Shown here in pieces: positions 1-9,577 of a DNA stretch of 64,000 nt. Each line of letters begins with the position of its first letter. Position 1 is the stretch's first letter. This stretch comes from a bacterium (lineage in GTDB: Archaea; Nanobdellota; Nanobdellia; Pacearchaeales; GW2011-AR1). The DNA is taken from contig DAITPU010000002.1 in assembly GCA_036833455.1 (NCBI GenBank), positions 16,812 through 80,811 of the forward strand, in the 5' to 3' direction. Both the position numbers and the translations under genes were made by a program. The notes under the pieces are model-generated. The model was not told where the DNA came from, searched no databases, and saw only the letters and a program-made list of their open reading frames with translations.

Positions 1-435
1 TTCTTTTTCTTGTGATGTTCAACTAAAGGAGTTTTAATTTCTTTTATTTCTTTAATAATTATTTTTCCTCCGGCTTCGTTAACTTTTTCAATTGCAGATT
101 GTGATGCAGAAAGGCAAGTAACAATTAATTTTTCTTTTACTTCTCCCTCTCCCAGTATTTTATAATTTCTAAGATTTATTTCCCAGGAGTCCCCTTTCTT
201 TTTTGCATATTTTTCCAAATTTGTAGAAAGTTCCCTTAAATTTATTCTTTTTCTTATATCTCTTTTCGTTTTTTTAGAAGTTACTCCTTGTTTTCCAAAA
301 TAATTATGCCCATATAATTTTTGAACTAAAGTTTTTTTATGGTCTGCTCTTTTTCCTGAACCAGACATCCCTATTCCACCTTTATTTCCGGACTTCCTTT
401 TATTTTTTCTTGCTCCTGTTCCGGCAGTTCCCATT
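1..435 (-). CDS. rpl15: Ribosomal protein uL15 (3' end runs off window start)
   Basis: rc translation MGTAGTGARKNKRKSGNKGGIGMSG... then ...RNYKILGEGEVKEKLIVTCLSASQSAIEKVNEAGGKII, typical uL15; follows L30 in the conserved order. Confidence 0.75.
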
Positions 436-478
436 TTTCTTCCGTGTGCTCTAGAGTATTTTTTTCTTTTTTTTAATT

Positions 479-751
479 TCATCTTCTTGTTTTTCCATAA
501 TTTATTTTTCTTAATAATCCATAATATTCTGTAGGCTCTATAAATGCTCCTCCTTCTGGAATAATAATTCCTTCTCCTTCAACAGAATAATGGTCAATTG
601 CATAAAGTACCTCTAATCCTTCTTTAACTTTATGGGCAGTCGTTATTAAATCTCCTTCAATTTCCACAATTATTCCTAATCCCTTTCCTAAATCAACTCC
701 CAACTGGATTTCTTTATCAATTTTTATTTTATCTATTAAATTTCTTGGCAT
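479..751 (-). CDS. Small hypothetical protein (90 aa) inserted between L30 and L15
   Basis: Intact ORF in the same orientation as flanking r-protein genes, tight spacing; no recognisable family (weak beta-barrel/PRC-like look only). Confidence 0.35.
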   Translation of the reverse strand: MPRNLIDKIKIDKEIQLGVDLGKGLGIIVEIEGDLITTAHKVKEGLEVLYAIDHYSVEGEGIIIPEGGAFIEPTEYYGLLRKINYGKTRR

Positions 752-752
752 T

Positions 753-1106
753 TTATAACATCCTCAATATTAATTCATCCATTTTTTTATTTTCTCCCAA
801 AATTCCTTTTGGATAATGCGATTTAGTATTGGCTCCTCCTCTCGGGGGATGAAGCCTAAAAAAAGGTTTTAAATTTCCTTCTTTATCTTTCTCTCCTCTG
901 GCACTTAAAAGTTTCTTATGTGTTTCTTCTGAAATTTCTCCATAGGATATAAAATTTCTAGACTTTTTTATCATTCCCATTTGAGCTTCATTTGGATTTT
1001 CTAAAACAACACAAGAATATTTTTTTCTTAATCTAAGTCTAGATAAAGTTTCCTTTTGCTTTTCTTCAAGATTTATTTGCCCTCTAATTCTTATAATTGC
1101 TATCAT
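753..1106 (-). CDS. rpl30: Ribosomal protein uL30 (L30/L7 family)
   Basis: MIAIIRIRGQ... and C-terminal FRLHPPRGG...LILRML match archaeal L30; start trimmed to internal Met so it abuts the S5 stop. Confidence 0.8.
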   Translation of the reverse strand: MIAIIRIRGQINLEEKQKETLSRLRLRKKYSCVVLENPNEAQMGMIKKSRNFISYGEISEETHKKLLSARGEKDKEGNLKPFFRLHPPRGGANTKSHYPKGILGENKKMDELILRML

Positions 1107-1966
1107 TTTGATACTCCTTGATTTGTCTTGCTTAATGCATCTACACAAGCTTTTACTAAATTGAAAGTTGTTTGAACATTTCCCTCTGTCCTAGAATAAA
1201 CATCTTTGATTCCAGCCATCTTTAATATTTTTTTTAATTCACTTGCAACAACAAGTCCGGTTCCTTGAGGAGCAGGTATTAATTTTATTCTAACGCTTCC
1301 AGATTTTCCTTGTACTTCGAAAGGTATTGAGTGTAATTCATCACAAGAACAATCAAAAGCTGAACAAGCTCTTTTTATTCTTATAACATTTAATTTTGCT
1401 TTTCTTGTTGCTTTATCCCTAGCTGGTAAAGTTTCATTTGCTTTTCCAAAACCTATTCCAATATGGCCATTCTCATCTCCAACTATTGCCATTGCTGAGA
1501 AAGTTAAAACTCCTCCTTCTTTTTTTATTCTTTGTGTTTGTCTCCAAGCTCGCCTTTTACCCCCTCCAAACTTTCCTTTCGCTTGCCCTATTGAAATTAA
1601 ATCTGTCTTGGGTTTTAACAGAATATCTACAATTTCCTCTTCTAAAATTCTTTCTCCTTTATCCAATATTTCATCTATATTTTTAATTTCTCCAGATTGA
1701 ACTTTTCTCCCCAAATTAGTTTTTGGTCTCCAAGATTTAATTGCTTCTTCTCTTTCTTCTTCTTGTCTTGTAAGCCTTTTCTTTGGTTTTGGTTCTGTTA
1801 TTTCCATTATTTCTTCTTTTGAAATAATATCCCCTATAATTGAATCATCTTGGCTTTCTTTATTGATTTTTTCTTTTACTTTTTTAGTCTTCTTTCCTTC
1901 TTCCAATTTTTTTTCCTCTGGATTTTTATTTGGAAGTTTTGTTTCTTTTTTCATTTCTTCTTTCAT
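1103..1966 (-). CDS. rps5: Ribosomal protein uS5 with ~100-aa K/E-rich N-terminal extension
   Basis: S5 dsRBD and C-terminal domain motifs (GRKVQSGEIKNIDEIL..., FGKANETLPARDKA..., AGIKDV); position between L18 and L30. Confidence 0.85.
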   Translation of the reverse strand: MKEEMKKETKLPNKNPEEKKLEEGKKTKKVKEKINKESQDDSIIGDIISKEEIMEITEPKPKKRLTRQEEEREEAIKSWRPKTNLGRKVQSGEIKNIDEILDKGERILEEEIVDILLKPKTDLISIGQAKGKFGGGKRRAWRQTQRIKKEGGVLTFSAMAIVGDENGHIGIGFGKANETLPARDKATRKAKLNVIRIKRACSAFDCSCDELHSIPFEVQGKSGSVRIKLIPAPQGTGLVVASELKKILKMAGIKDVYSRTEGNVQTTFNLVKACVDALSKTNQGVSK

Positions 1967-2469
1967 TTTATCTTACCTATACTTAATTTAACTTTTTCAA
2001 AATCTTTTGCAAAATTTTCCTTTAGATGTTCTCCTTTAATTCTCCCTTCCTCAGGAAAAACCTCTGGTTTTGAATTCAATTTTAATCCGGAATCAATTAA
2101 TCCTTTTAAAAATGAAAAGACTCTTGACTTATATTTTGTTCTTAACATTCCAAAATCAACTATAGGCGTATCTAATTTTTCTTTTTTTATTTTATTTCCA
2201 ACTAAATATCCCGTTAAATAAGCAGAAGGAATTGATCTTAGACTCCCTTTAAAATTTTCCGGCCAGGAGTATTTTAGCAATTCTTTAGAAGTTATCCCAA
2301 ATAGGATTTTATCTTTTGCTTCTTCACTAATTACATATTGGACTATAAAATACTTATTCGTTCTTCTAAAAACTAATCTTGGCCTGTTGCTTTTTAAAAG
2401 TTTTATCCTTGTAGAATAATCCGTTTTGAATTCTCTTCTTCTTCTTTTTTGAACTTTTATTGCTTTCAT
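1963..2469 (-). CDS. rpl18: Ribosomal protein uL18
   Basis: RRRRREFKTDYSTRIKLLKSNRPRLVFRRTNKYFIVQ typical L18p; gene order. Confidence 0.8.
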   Translation of the reverse strand: MKAIKVQKRRRREFKTDYSTRIKLLKSNRPRLVFRRTNKYFIVQYVISEEAKDKILFGITSKELLKYSWPENFKGSLRSIPSAYLTGYLVGNKIKKEKLDTPIVDFGMLRTKYKSRVFSFLKGLIDSGLKLNSKPEVFPEEGRIKGEHLKENFAKDFEKVKLSIGKIK

Positions 2470-2873
2470 TTTCTAATTTCTCCTATATAAGATTTTAAAT
2501 TTGATTGGCTCTTAAATGCTTTGTTTCTAATTTTTTTTCTTATTTCTTTTACTTCTTCTTTTGAAATAACTCCTTTTGATTTTAATCCTTTAACATACGA
2601 CCTTAATTTTCTTGTCATTATAACGTAATTTCTTTTTCTAACATTAACTTTCTTTTTTATTTTTCCAGTTCCTCTTGGATTTCTTCTTTTTACATTTGTC
2701 TTCCTTCCCTTTACTGGAATAATTGAAATCGCTCCTTCTTCTTTAAGTGCCCTCATATCTTCTTTAGTTATTGCCTCTTTAATTTCGGCTAAACTATCTT
2801 TTTCAAATTTAACTCTTTCAATGCCGACCTTCAATGCTTTTGAAGCTAAATTCTTTTTAGATTTTAAATTCAT
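2466..2873 (-). CDS. rpl19e: Ribosomal protein eL19
   Basis: N-terminal LASKALKVGIERVKF and basic body typical of L19e; gene order. Confidence 0.8.
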   Translation of the reverse strand: MNLKSKKNLASKALKVGIERVKFEKDSLAEIKEAITKEDMRALKEEGAISIIPVKGRKTNVKRRNPRGTGKIKKKVNVRKRNYVIMTRKLRSYVKGLKSKGVISKEEVKEIRKKIRNKAFKSQSNLKSYIGEIRK

Positions 2874-3247
2874 TTTTTATTTTCTCCCTTCTTATCTTTA
2901 TCTTTCAAGAAAGTTTTAGGATTCATGTTAATTAATTTTACTTTTAATTCTATAGCTTTCTTTGCAATTTCAATTTTTTTCTTTAATCCTAAATTTCCTA
3001 CTTTACCTACATCATCTTTATTTAACTTTTCTAAATCTCTTATGTTTGAAATTGTAATTGGACTTTTTTCTTGTTTTTGTTTGTAACCTATTTTAACCAC
3101 CACCGGATAACCTTTTCTTTTTTCCCTCATTTTGTTATCTCTTCCAGTTGGTTTTCTCCATATTGCTTTCTTTCCTCTTCCCTTACCGAACTTTGAATAC
3201 CTTTTTGAATCTCTTCTTAAAAATTTCATTTTAAATTGCCCTTCCAT
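2870..3247 (-). CDS. rpl32e: Ribosomal protein eL32
   Basis: WRKPTGRDNKMR motif of L32e; gene order. Confidence 0.75.
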   Translation of the reverse strand: MEGQFKMKFLRRDSKRYSKFGKGRGKKAIWRKPTGRDNKMREKRKGYPVVVKIGYKQKQEKSPITISNIRDLEKLNKDDVGKVGNLGLKKKIEIAKKAIELKVKLINMNPKTFLKDKDKKGENKK

Positions 3248-3791
3248 CCTTTTCTATTATATAAATTCCGTCTTGAAAAATTCTTTTATCTCTTCCTCTT
3301 ATTTTAGTTATTGTTTCAAAATTTGCTGCAGCTTGACCTGCAATTTCTTTGCTTACCGATTTTATAGTTATAATATCTTTAGATATTTGGATTTCAGCTC
3401 CTAAAGGAATTTTTACTTTACGATCATGTTTTTCTCCAAGAAAATTTTTTATTATTGCTTGATTTCCTTCGTGCTTAACTGTGAAGGGGAAATGGCCTGA
3501 ACATATTTTTACTTTATACTCAAACTTATTTTGAACTCCTTTAATCATATTTTCAATATGAGCCTTAAAAGTATTTATTAATCTTTTATCATTTTTAGTT
3601 GCTTTTTTGAATCCAAGAATGATCTTATTTCCCTCTACTCTAAAATCAAATATACCTAGTTTTAAATTTTTTTTATTTTCTCCTTCCTTTCCCTTAACTA
3701 TTAATAAATCTCCTTCTAATCTTACTTCAACTCCAGAGGGAATTTCAATTTCGTGATATAATTCTTTTCTCATTTTAATAAAAATAAGCAA
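3231..3791 (-). CDS. rpl6: Ribosomal protein uL6
   Basis: Two-repeat L6 fold sequence (IPSGVEVRLEGDLLIVKG...), gene order. Confidence 0.85.
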   Translation of the reverse strand: MLIFIKMRKELYHEIEIPSGVEVRLEGDLLIVKGKEGENKKNLKLGIFDFRVEGNKIILGFKKATKNDKRLINTFKAHIENMIKGVQNKFEYKVKICSGHFPFTVKHEGNQAIIKNFLGEKHDRKVKIPLGAEIQISKDIITIKSVSKEIAGQAAANFETITKIRGRDKRIFQDGIYIIEKDGRAI

Positions 3792-4155
3792 TTAAGCAAC
3801 CCCCTATTTTTTCTATTTCAGCCTCTTCATGAGTTATTAAACCCTTATTTGTAGAAAGGATCATCGTTCCAGAATTTCTAGAAGGAAGATATCTTCTTCT
3901 GTATTTTTCTATTTGAGATTTATCACAACTAAATCTAGGTTTTATTGCCTTACAATCAATTAAATCCCCAATAGTTACTTCTAAAGATTTTTCTTTACTA
4001 TCTATTTTATATTTCTTTATAGCTCCCTTCTGTTTCATTATTTTTAAAACTTCTATCAATAAGTTCGAAATTATGTTAAATTTAACAATTTCTTTATTTG
4101 CTTTCTTAGCATTCCTTATCATGTTTAGTGCATCTGCAACAATATCGTGACTCAT
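3775..4155 (-). CDS. rps8: Ribosomal protein uS8
   Basis: MSHDIVADALNMIRNA... canonical S8 start; gene order. Confidence 0.85.
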   Translation of the reverse strand: MSHDIVADALNMIRNAKKANKEIVKFNIISNLLIEVLKIMKQKGAIKKYKIDSKEKSLEVTIGDLIDCKAIKPRFSCDKSQIEKYRRRYLPSRNSGTMILSTNKGLITHEEAEIEKIGGCLIAYFY

Positions 4156-4164
4156 TTTTTACTC

Positions 4165-4395
4165 CTATGAATATTTTTTAAAACCTATTTCTGTAGCAAC
4201 TTCTCTAAAACAATGCCTACAAAGATTGATCCCATAAGATTTTATGTGGGCACCGAATCTTCCGCACCTTTCACACTTTCTCTTTGTGATCCCTATTTTT
4301 CTATCTTTTGGTTTGCAATGTTTCAAGAACTTTGCTTTTATAGCTGGTTTCGCATTTAATTGTTTAAAATAATTTTTCCAATCGCTTGCTGGCAT
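4165..4395 (-). CDS. rps14: Ribosomal protein uS14 (Zn-ribbon type)
   Basis: [25 protein letters not shown] zinc-binding S14 signature; between S8 and L5. Confidence 0.8.
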   Translation of the reverse strand: MPASDWKNYFKQLNAKPAIKAKFLKHCKPKDRKIGITKRKCERCGRFGAHIKSYGINLCRHCFREVATEIGFKKYS

Positions 4396-4396
4396 T

Positions 4397-4897
4397 TTAG
4401 ATAAAACTTGTTTTAAAGTTTTCCTCCATAAATTTAATTATTTCTTCTTTTTTTATTACTTGCCTATCATGTATTTTTCCTTTCTTTATCTTTCTTAAAC
4501 TTATTCTTCTTGCTGCTCTTTTAAAAACAACAGTAACGTCAAATCCCATTATACCAATATCCCTTTGGTATTCTATTCCGGGTATCTCAATGTATTCTTT
4601 TATCCCAAACGAAAAATTATTTTCACTTATTTGTTTTTTCTTTAAAGTGTTATCTATTGTTATTAACATCTTTTTTAAAAATTCTTCTGAATCTTTTCTA
4701 AGAGTTACGACTGCTCCAACTTCTAAACCAGGTCTAACTCCTAAAGAAGGTATTCTTCTCCTAGCCTTAGTTTTAGCGGGTTTTCTTCCAGTTAATAATT
4801 TTAATAACTTGTATCCTTTTTCTAAAGTGTCTCCTACTCCTCCGACGTTAAGAACTACTTTCTCTATTTTTATTTCTCTCATCTTATTTTCTTCCAT
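4397..4897 (-). CDS. rpl5: Ribosomal protein uL5
   Basis: L5 sequence (NVGGVGDT..., [11 protein letters not shown]), gene order. Confidence 0.85.
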   Translation of the reverse strand: MEENKMREIKIEKVVLNVGGVGDTLEKGYKLLKLLTGRKPAKTKARRRIPSLGVRPGLEVGAVVTLRKDSEEFLKKMLITIDNTLKKKQISENNFSFGIKEYIEIPGIEYQRDIGIMGFDVTVVFKRAARRISLRKIKKGKIHDRQVIKKEEIIKFMEENFKTSFI

Positions 4898-5532
4898 TAT
4901 TCAATCACCATTAATTGTTTAATTAAAACATTAAATTCTGACTCTTTTGTCTTTATCCTTACCATTTTTTTATCTAAAATTAATTCAATTATTTCTCCTC
5001 TTTTTCCAGTATGTTTTCCTCCGATAATTAAAACTTTAGATTTTTCTTTTAAAGGTAAAATTCTTTCTATTTTATTTGACTCCAAATTTATTGTTGCTGA
5101 ATCATTTACTTTGCAATTTAAGTTAGAAAGATAATTTCTTCCGTCATAAAGATTTAATTGGATATTTTTATTTTTTAGAATTTTTTTTCCTATTACCTTT
5201 GAACACTTTTGTTTGGAATTTTTAACTTCTTCTAAAGAAAATTTTCCGTTTTCTGAAAAAATTAATTGATAATTTTTTTTCTCTGGAATTATAGTCAAAA
5301 TATCCAAAAGTTGCATTTTTAATTTTTCGTCTACAATTGGTTTATTATTTAACAGTAATGCTCTTACATGTATTGCTTGTTTAACTTCCCTTCTTGTCTT
5401 AGCTATTTTTAAAATGTCTCTTAGTACTAATAGGATAGGTAAACTTTTTGAATTACCTTCTACTACAAAAGCTGTTCCCTTTCTTGGAATTGGCCAATTT
5501 TTTGGCATCGCTTGTCTTTTTTGATGTTTCAT
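4897..5532 (-). CDS. rps4e: Ribosomal protein eS4
   Basis: S4e N-terminal KRQAMPKNWPIPRKGTAFVV and KOW-like region; gene order. Confidence 0.8.
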   Translation of the reverse strand: MKHQKRQAMPKNWPIPRKGTAFVVEGNSKSLPILLVLRDILKIAKTRREVKQAIHVRALLLNNKPIVDEKLKMQLLDILTIIPEKKNYQLIFSENGKFSLEEVKNSKQKCSKVIGKKILKNKNIQLNLYDGRNYLSNLNCKVNDSATINLESNKIERILPLKEKSKVLIIGGKHTGKRGEIIELILDKKMVRIKTKESEFNVLIKQLMVIE

Positions 5533-5981
5533 TTTTTAGTCTCCTTTGATAATTTTCTTTTTGATTCTTCCTTTTTAATTTCTTGTGTTGGTTTATTCTT
5601 AATTCTTTTCTTATCTTCTAAATTTAACTCCAAAATTTGTAGATTTGAAGCTCTTATTGGAACGTTTACTTTTGAACCATCTTGTTTTGAAGTCTGTATT
5701 CCTTCTATATATATTTTTAAATTTTTCAAAAGTATTTCTGTTACTTTTCCTTGCTTGCCCTTAAATTTTCCTCTTAAAATTTTTACCTTGTCTCCTTTTC
5801 TTAGAGGAATGTTTCTCGTCTTTTGTTTTTCCCTTAAATCTTTTGATAAGTTTACGCTTATTAGTTTTGATTTTAAATGTAAAGGTAATTTTATAGAATA
5901 CTTTCTTTGCTTTCGGGGTTGTTTACTTCCTTTCCAAAATTTACTAAATTCTTTTTTCATTTTAATGTACTGATGAGGCAA
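5529..5981 (-). CDS. rpl24: Ribosomal protein uL24 (KOW) with K/E-rich C-terminal tail
   Basis: KGDKVKILRGKFKGKQGKVTEI KOW motif; between S4e and L14. Confidence 0.8.
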   Translation of the reverse strand: MPHQYIKMKKEFSKFWKGSKQPRKQRKYSIKLPLHLKSKLISVNLSKDLREKQKTRNIPLRKGDKVKILRGKFKGKQGKVTEILLKNLKIYIEGIQTSKQDGSKVNVPIRASNLQILELNLEDKKRIKNKPTQEIKKEESKRKLSKETKK

Positions 5982-6363
5982 TCTTAGCTACTGATGGCCA
6001 ACGTTCTAAAACCTCCTTTGCTATTGGTCCTTTAATCTGGGTTCCTTTTGGGTTACCTTTATCGTCTTTTAAAATTGCGACAGCATTATCTTCAAAAGCT
6101 ATTCTTTCTCCTGTTAATCTTCTCCAAGATTTTTTCTGTCTTACCACAACTGCATCAAATACTTTTCCTTTCATATCTGGAATACCTTTTTTTACAGCAA
6201 CTTTTACTTGGTCTGATATCTTTGCACAACCTTGTTTTCCTTTTCTTCCTTTTCCTCTTTTAACTGAGACTATCCTTACTATTTTAGCCCCGCTATTATC
6301 TGCAGAAACTACTCTTGCTCCTAAATTCAATCCTGCCGTCGCCTTTGCGGATATCGCTTTCAT
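5962..6363 (-). CDS. rpl14: Ribosomal protein uL14
   Basis: Highly conserved L14 sequence (LNLGARVVSADNSGAKIVRIVSV...). Confidence 0.9.
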   Translation of the reverse strand: MKAISAKATAGLNLGARVVSADNSGAKIVRIVSVKRGKGRKGKQGCAKISDQVKVAVKKGIPDMKGKVFDAVVVRQKKSWRRLTGERIAFEDNAVAILKDDKGNPKGTQIKGPIAKEVLERWPSVAKIASSVH

Positions 6364-6710
6364 TCTACTTTTTCCTCGCTATTTAATTTTTCCAATACGA
6401 CAAAATGAATTATTTTACTTAATGGTCTACACTCTTGAATTCTTATTAAATCACCAATTTGGATGTCTTTATCCATGCATCTTGGAAGTCTTGCGTGCAT
6501 TTTAGTCTTTGATTTTGAATATCTTTCATATTTTCTTACATAAACCATTCTTTCAAATTCAATTGCTACTCTTTTTTGATTCTTTGAAATTACTTTCCCT
6601 TTGAAAATTTTTCCCCTTGCTTTCAAATTTCCATGAATGGGGCAATCTCTATCATTACATAAGATTGTTTCGTTCTCAATTTTTTTTGATTCTTTTATTT
6701 TTGTTTTCAT
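6360..6710 (-). CDS. rps17: Ribosomal protein uS17
   Basis: S17 OB-fold sequence with CPIHG and KIFKGKVIS; gene order. Confidence 0.85.
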   Translation of the reverse strand: MKTKIKESKKIENETILCNDRDCPIHGNLKARGKIFKGKVISKNQKRVAIEFERMVYVRKYERYSKSKTKMHARLPRCMDKDIQIGDLIRIQECRPLSKIIHFVVLEKLNSEEKVE

Positions 6711-6711
6711 T

Positions 6712-7011
6712 TTAATCTTCTATTAAGTCTCCTTCAAATCCTAGCTTTATTAGTATTTCTTTAACTCGTTTTGTGTGATCTCCTTGTAATTCTATTATTC
6801 CGTCCTTTGAGGTTCCTCCGCAAGCCAGCTCATTTTTAAGATTTTTTGAAACTTGTTTTACATTTATTGCATTGTCGAATCCTTGGATTATTGTAACAAT
6901 TTTTCCGTATCTTTTTTTGTCCGTTGTTATCCTTATCCGTTGTGAACTCTTTGTCATACGTTCGCAAATGCACGCTGGTTGCGGTAAACCGCATTTTGGA
7001 CAAATTTCCAT
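6712..7011 (-). CDS. Translation initiation factor SUI1/eIF1 family
   Basis: CPKCGLP...RIRITTDKKRYGKIVTIIQGFD...ELACGGTSKDGIIELQGDH is the SUI1/YciH pattern; sits between L29 and S17. Confidence 0.8.
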   Translation of the reverse strand: MEICPKCGLPQPACICERMTKSSQRIRITTDKKRYGKIVTIIQGFDNAINVKQVSKNLKNELACGGTSKDGIIELQGDHTKRVKEILIKLGFEGDLIED

Positions 7012-7184
7012 TATCTTATTGTTTTTAACCTCGCTATTGTTCGTTTTATTTCTTTAACTTTATTGCTTCCACCTTGGCTAACTTTTCCTTTTTCTTTAAT
7101 TAGTTCCAATTTTAATTCATTTATTCTCTTTAATTTTTCTTCTTCCTTCATACTCCTTATTTCTTTTGATCTTAATATTGCCAT
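7011..7184 (-). CDS. rpl29: Ribosomal protein uL29 (57 aa, not in ORF track)
   Basis: rc translation MAILRSKEIRSMKEEEKLKRINELKLELIKEKGK...IKRTIARLKTIR; stop overlaps the SUI1 start (TAATG). Confidence 0.7.
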   Translation of the reverse strand: MAILRSKEIRSMKEEEKLKRINELKLELIKEKGKVSQGGSNKVKEIKRTIARLKTIR

Positions 7185-7186
7185 AT

Positions 7187-7867
7187 TTATTTTTTAACCA
7201 TCCTTTTTCTACCTGTCTTTTTTTGTTCAACTAATTCTTCTTTTTCTAAATTTTCTTTTAATTTTTTAATTAGTTCTTCGTTTACAGTAATTCTGTCTTT
7301 TAGAATAGTTCCTGGAGCTAAAATGCTAACTTTTACTCCAACAGTTCCTGGTTTTGTTTCTGCTCTTGCTTGAGCTCTATCTACAACACTTGCTGTGTCC
7401 CCGGTTTTCTTTAAATATCCTTGGGCAAATCTCCAAGATCTCGCTCTAGAACTAGGGAGTTTTCCTCCTAGTCTTATTTCGACCCCTAAAGCTCCTGCCT
7501 TAATTATTTTCTGAAGAGCCTTATAAGCAAGAACCTTGAATTTTAATGGACCAAATCTTTCTAATCCTAGTGCAAGTTCATCTGCAACTAATTGTGCATC
7601 AAATTCAGGTTGTTTAATTTCTTCAATCTCTATGTGGGGATTTTCTAATTTAAAATTTAATTTTATCATCTTTGTTAACTCCTCAATTTTTTCTCCTCCT
7701 CTTCCAATTATTAAACCTGGTTTACTAGTAGTTATTATTATTTTTTCTCCGATAGGTGTATATTCTATTCTAACTTTTGAAACCTTTCCTTTTCCAATAT
7801 TTTGTTTTATATCTTCCCTCATCCTAAATTCTTCTTTCTTGAACTTAACTGTATTTTTTTCTTCCAT
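7187..7867 (-). CDS. rps3: Ribosomal protein uS3 (KH domain) with K-rich C-terminus
   Basis: KH-domain S3 sequence (PGLIIGRGGEKIEEL), gene order. Confidence 0.9.
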   Translation of the reverse strand: MEEKNTVKFKKEEFRMREDIKQNIGKGKVSKVRIEYTPIGEKIIITTSKPGLIIGRGGEKIEELTKMIKLNFKLENPHIEIEEIKQPEFDAQLVADELALGLERFGPLKFKVLAYKALQKIIKAGALGVEIRLGGKLPSSRARSWRFAQGYLKKTGDTASVVDRAQARAETKPGTVGVKVSILAPGTILKDRITVNEELIKKLKENLEKEELVEQKKTGRKRMVKK

Positions 7868-8460
7868 TATTTCTTCTCCTTAGTTTTTTTAGTTTCTTTG
7901 GACTTTGCTACTAGCCTTACATTTGTTCTTTTTTTCTGAGTTCTTCCCCCTCTTCCTAAAGTAGTTGTTCCTTTATTTGCAATTGCGAGATAAATGAAAG
8001 GATCTTCTACTCCATGTTGGTTTGCATTTCCTTCTAATCCTTTTAACATACTAGTAAAAGGTTTTACTGCCCTAACTGGATATCTCCCTGACATTATTTT
8101 TCCTTTTCTGTGGGGAATTTCTCCTTTCATTGGTACTGCTAATTTTAATTTTGAAACTTTTTCCAAGTAAGATAAGGCATCTTCGATTCTTCTTCCCTGA
8201 ATAGCTCTACAAATTGCAATTGCTTTTTTTGTTGATACAGGAATATTAGTTGCATTTAATTCAACTTGATCTTTTATTACTTTCTTAGTTGGAATTTTCT
8301 TTTCTTCCTTTTTTGATTCTGTTTTTTCTTCAACTTTTTTTTCTTTTGGATCTATATTTTTTTGAACTTTCTCTTCAACAATTGGTTTTTGTGTATCTAC
8401 ATTTATAGATCTTTTTTTCTCTTGTTTTCCCATTGGTTTTTCAGTATTTGTTCCTGCCAT
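7867..8460 (-). CDS. rpl22: Ribosomal protein uL22 with ~45-aa K/E-rich N-terminal extension
   Basis: STKKAIAICRAIQGRRIEDALSYLEKV L22 core; gene order. Confidence 0.85.
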   Translation of the reverse strand: MAGTNTEKPMGKQEKKRSINVDTQKPIVEEKVQKNIDPKEKKVEEKTESKKEEKKIPTKKVIKDQVELNATNIPVSTKKAIAICRAIQGRRIEDALSYLEKVSKLKLAVPMKGEIPHRKGKIMSGRYPVRAVKPFTSMLKGLEGNANQHGVEDPFIYLAIANKGTTTLGRGGRTQKKRTNVRLVAKSKETKKTKEKK

Positions 8461-8462
8461 TT

Positions 8463-8873
8463 TTATCCTTTTTTAGATGATTTCTTTTTAGTTGATCCTG
8501 CCTTTTTATCTTTACTTACATGTTTTGCTTTTTGTCTTGTCAAAGAAAATTCTCCTAATTTGTGACCTAGCATTTCAAAACTAATATCTATTGGAATAAA
8601 TTCTCTTCCGTTATATACTTGAATCTTTGTTCCAACTAATTTGGGAATTATAACTAAATCCCTCTTATGGGTTTTAATCGCCTTTTTCCCTTCAGATAAT
8701 TTTTTTTCTACTCTTTTTAAAAAATTTTCATGTTCTTGAAAATTCCTAAGAACAGTTCTCTTTTGTCTTGTCTTTAGTAGTTTTGCAAATTCTCGAACTT
8801 CCAATACTTTTAATTCTTCAAGAGTTTTTCCTCTAAAAGTTGATTCTTTTTTTCTTACTTCCATTTCTGTCAT
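8463..8873 (-). CDS. rps19: Ribosomal protein uS19
   Basis: GHKLGEFSLTR and VYNGREFIPIDI S19 motifs; gene order. Confidence 0.85.
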   Translation of the reverse strand: MTEMEVRKKESTFRGKTLEELKVLEVREFAKLLKTRQKRTVLRNFQEHENFLKRVEKKLSEGKKAIKTHKRDLVIIPKLVGTKIQVYNGREFIPIDISFEMLGHKLGEFSLTRQKAKHVSKDKKAGSTKKKSSKKG

Positions 8874-8874
8874 T

Positions 8875-9576
8875 TTATTTTCTCTTCCCCGTTCTTCTTG
8901 GCCTTATTAATCCAACTCTTGCACCTGCAGGAGCATTTCTTTTAGCAATCTTTGGTTTAGGATTCTTTCCTCTACCTGAACCAAAAGGATGATCTATTGC
9001 ATTCATCTTAACTGCTGAAGTTCTTGGCCATAATTTACTTTTTGATTTTTTTATATGGTATTTTTTTCCTGCCTTCAAAACTGGTTTATCTAATCTTTGT
9101 GTTCCAGCAACAACTCCTACAATTGCCCGGCAATTAAGAGCAAATTCTTTTTCTTTTTTAGAAGGCATTGAGATGAAAACTTTATTTCCTACTAACCTTG
9201 TCACAGTTCCATAATTTCCTCCTGTCTTAATAAACTTTCCTCCGTCATTTGGTTTTGATTCCAAACAATAAACTTTAGTTTTTACAGGAATATCTTTAAT
9301 TTCCAAGATATCTCCATCACTTACTTGCTCTTTCTTTTCAAAATTTATTTTTTGGCCTTCATACATTTTGTCAAAAGCGGGTATGTAAAATGTTCCTTTG
9401 TTTGAATTTATCTTTGCTATTGGGGCTGAATGCGCCCTAGAATTCATTATTTTCAAGACAACTCCTTCTCCTTCTAATCCTCTTAAAAATTGAATTTTAT
9501 ATCGAAAGGCTTTCCTGCTAACTCTATAAGTGGAACTTCCGTGTCCTCTAGCTTGTTGAATTATTCTTTTTCCCAT
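8875..9576 (-). CDS. rpl2: Ribosomal protein uL2
   Basis: Canonical L2 (GGRKNPKP..., MNAIDHPFGSG-like HPFGGG motif). Confidence 0.9.
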   Translation of the reverse strand: MGKRIIQQARGHGSSTYRVSRKAFRYKIQFLRGLEGEGVVLKIMNSRAHSAPIAKINSNKGTFYIPAFDKMYEGQKINFEKKEQVSDGDILEIKDIPVKTKVYCLESKPNDGGKFIKTGGNYGTVTRLVGNKVFISMPSKKEKEFALNCRAIVGVVAGTQRLDKPVLKAGKKYHIKKSKSKLWPRTSAVKMNAIDHPFGSGRGKNPKPKIAKRNAPAGARVGLIRPRRTGKRK

Positions 9577-9577
9577 T

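Noticed and set aside
1438-8565. Many plus-strand ORFs (for example 1438..1686, 1850..2221, 4590..4922, 5512..5973, 7536..7883) antisense to ribosomal protein genes
   Set aside because: Low-complexity F/L/S-rich translations produced by reading AT-rich K/E-coding DNA in reverse; the ribosomal protein genes on the other strand are unambiguous
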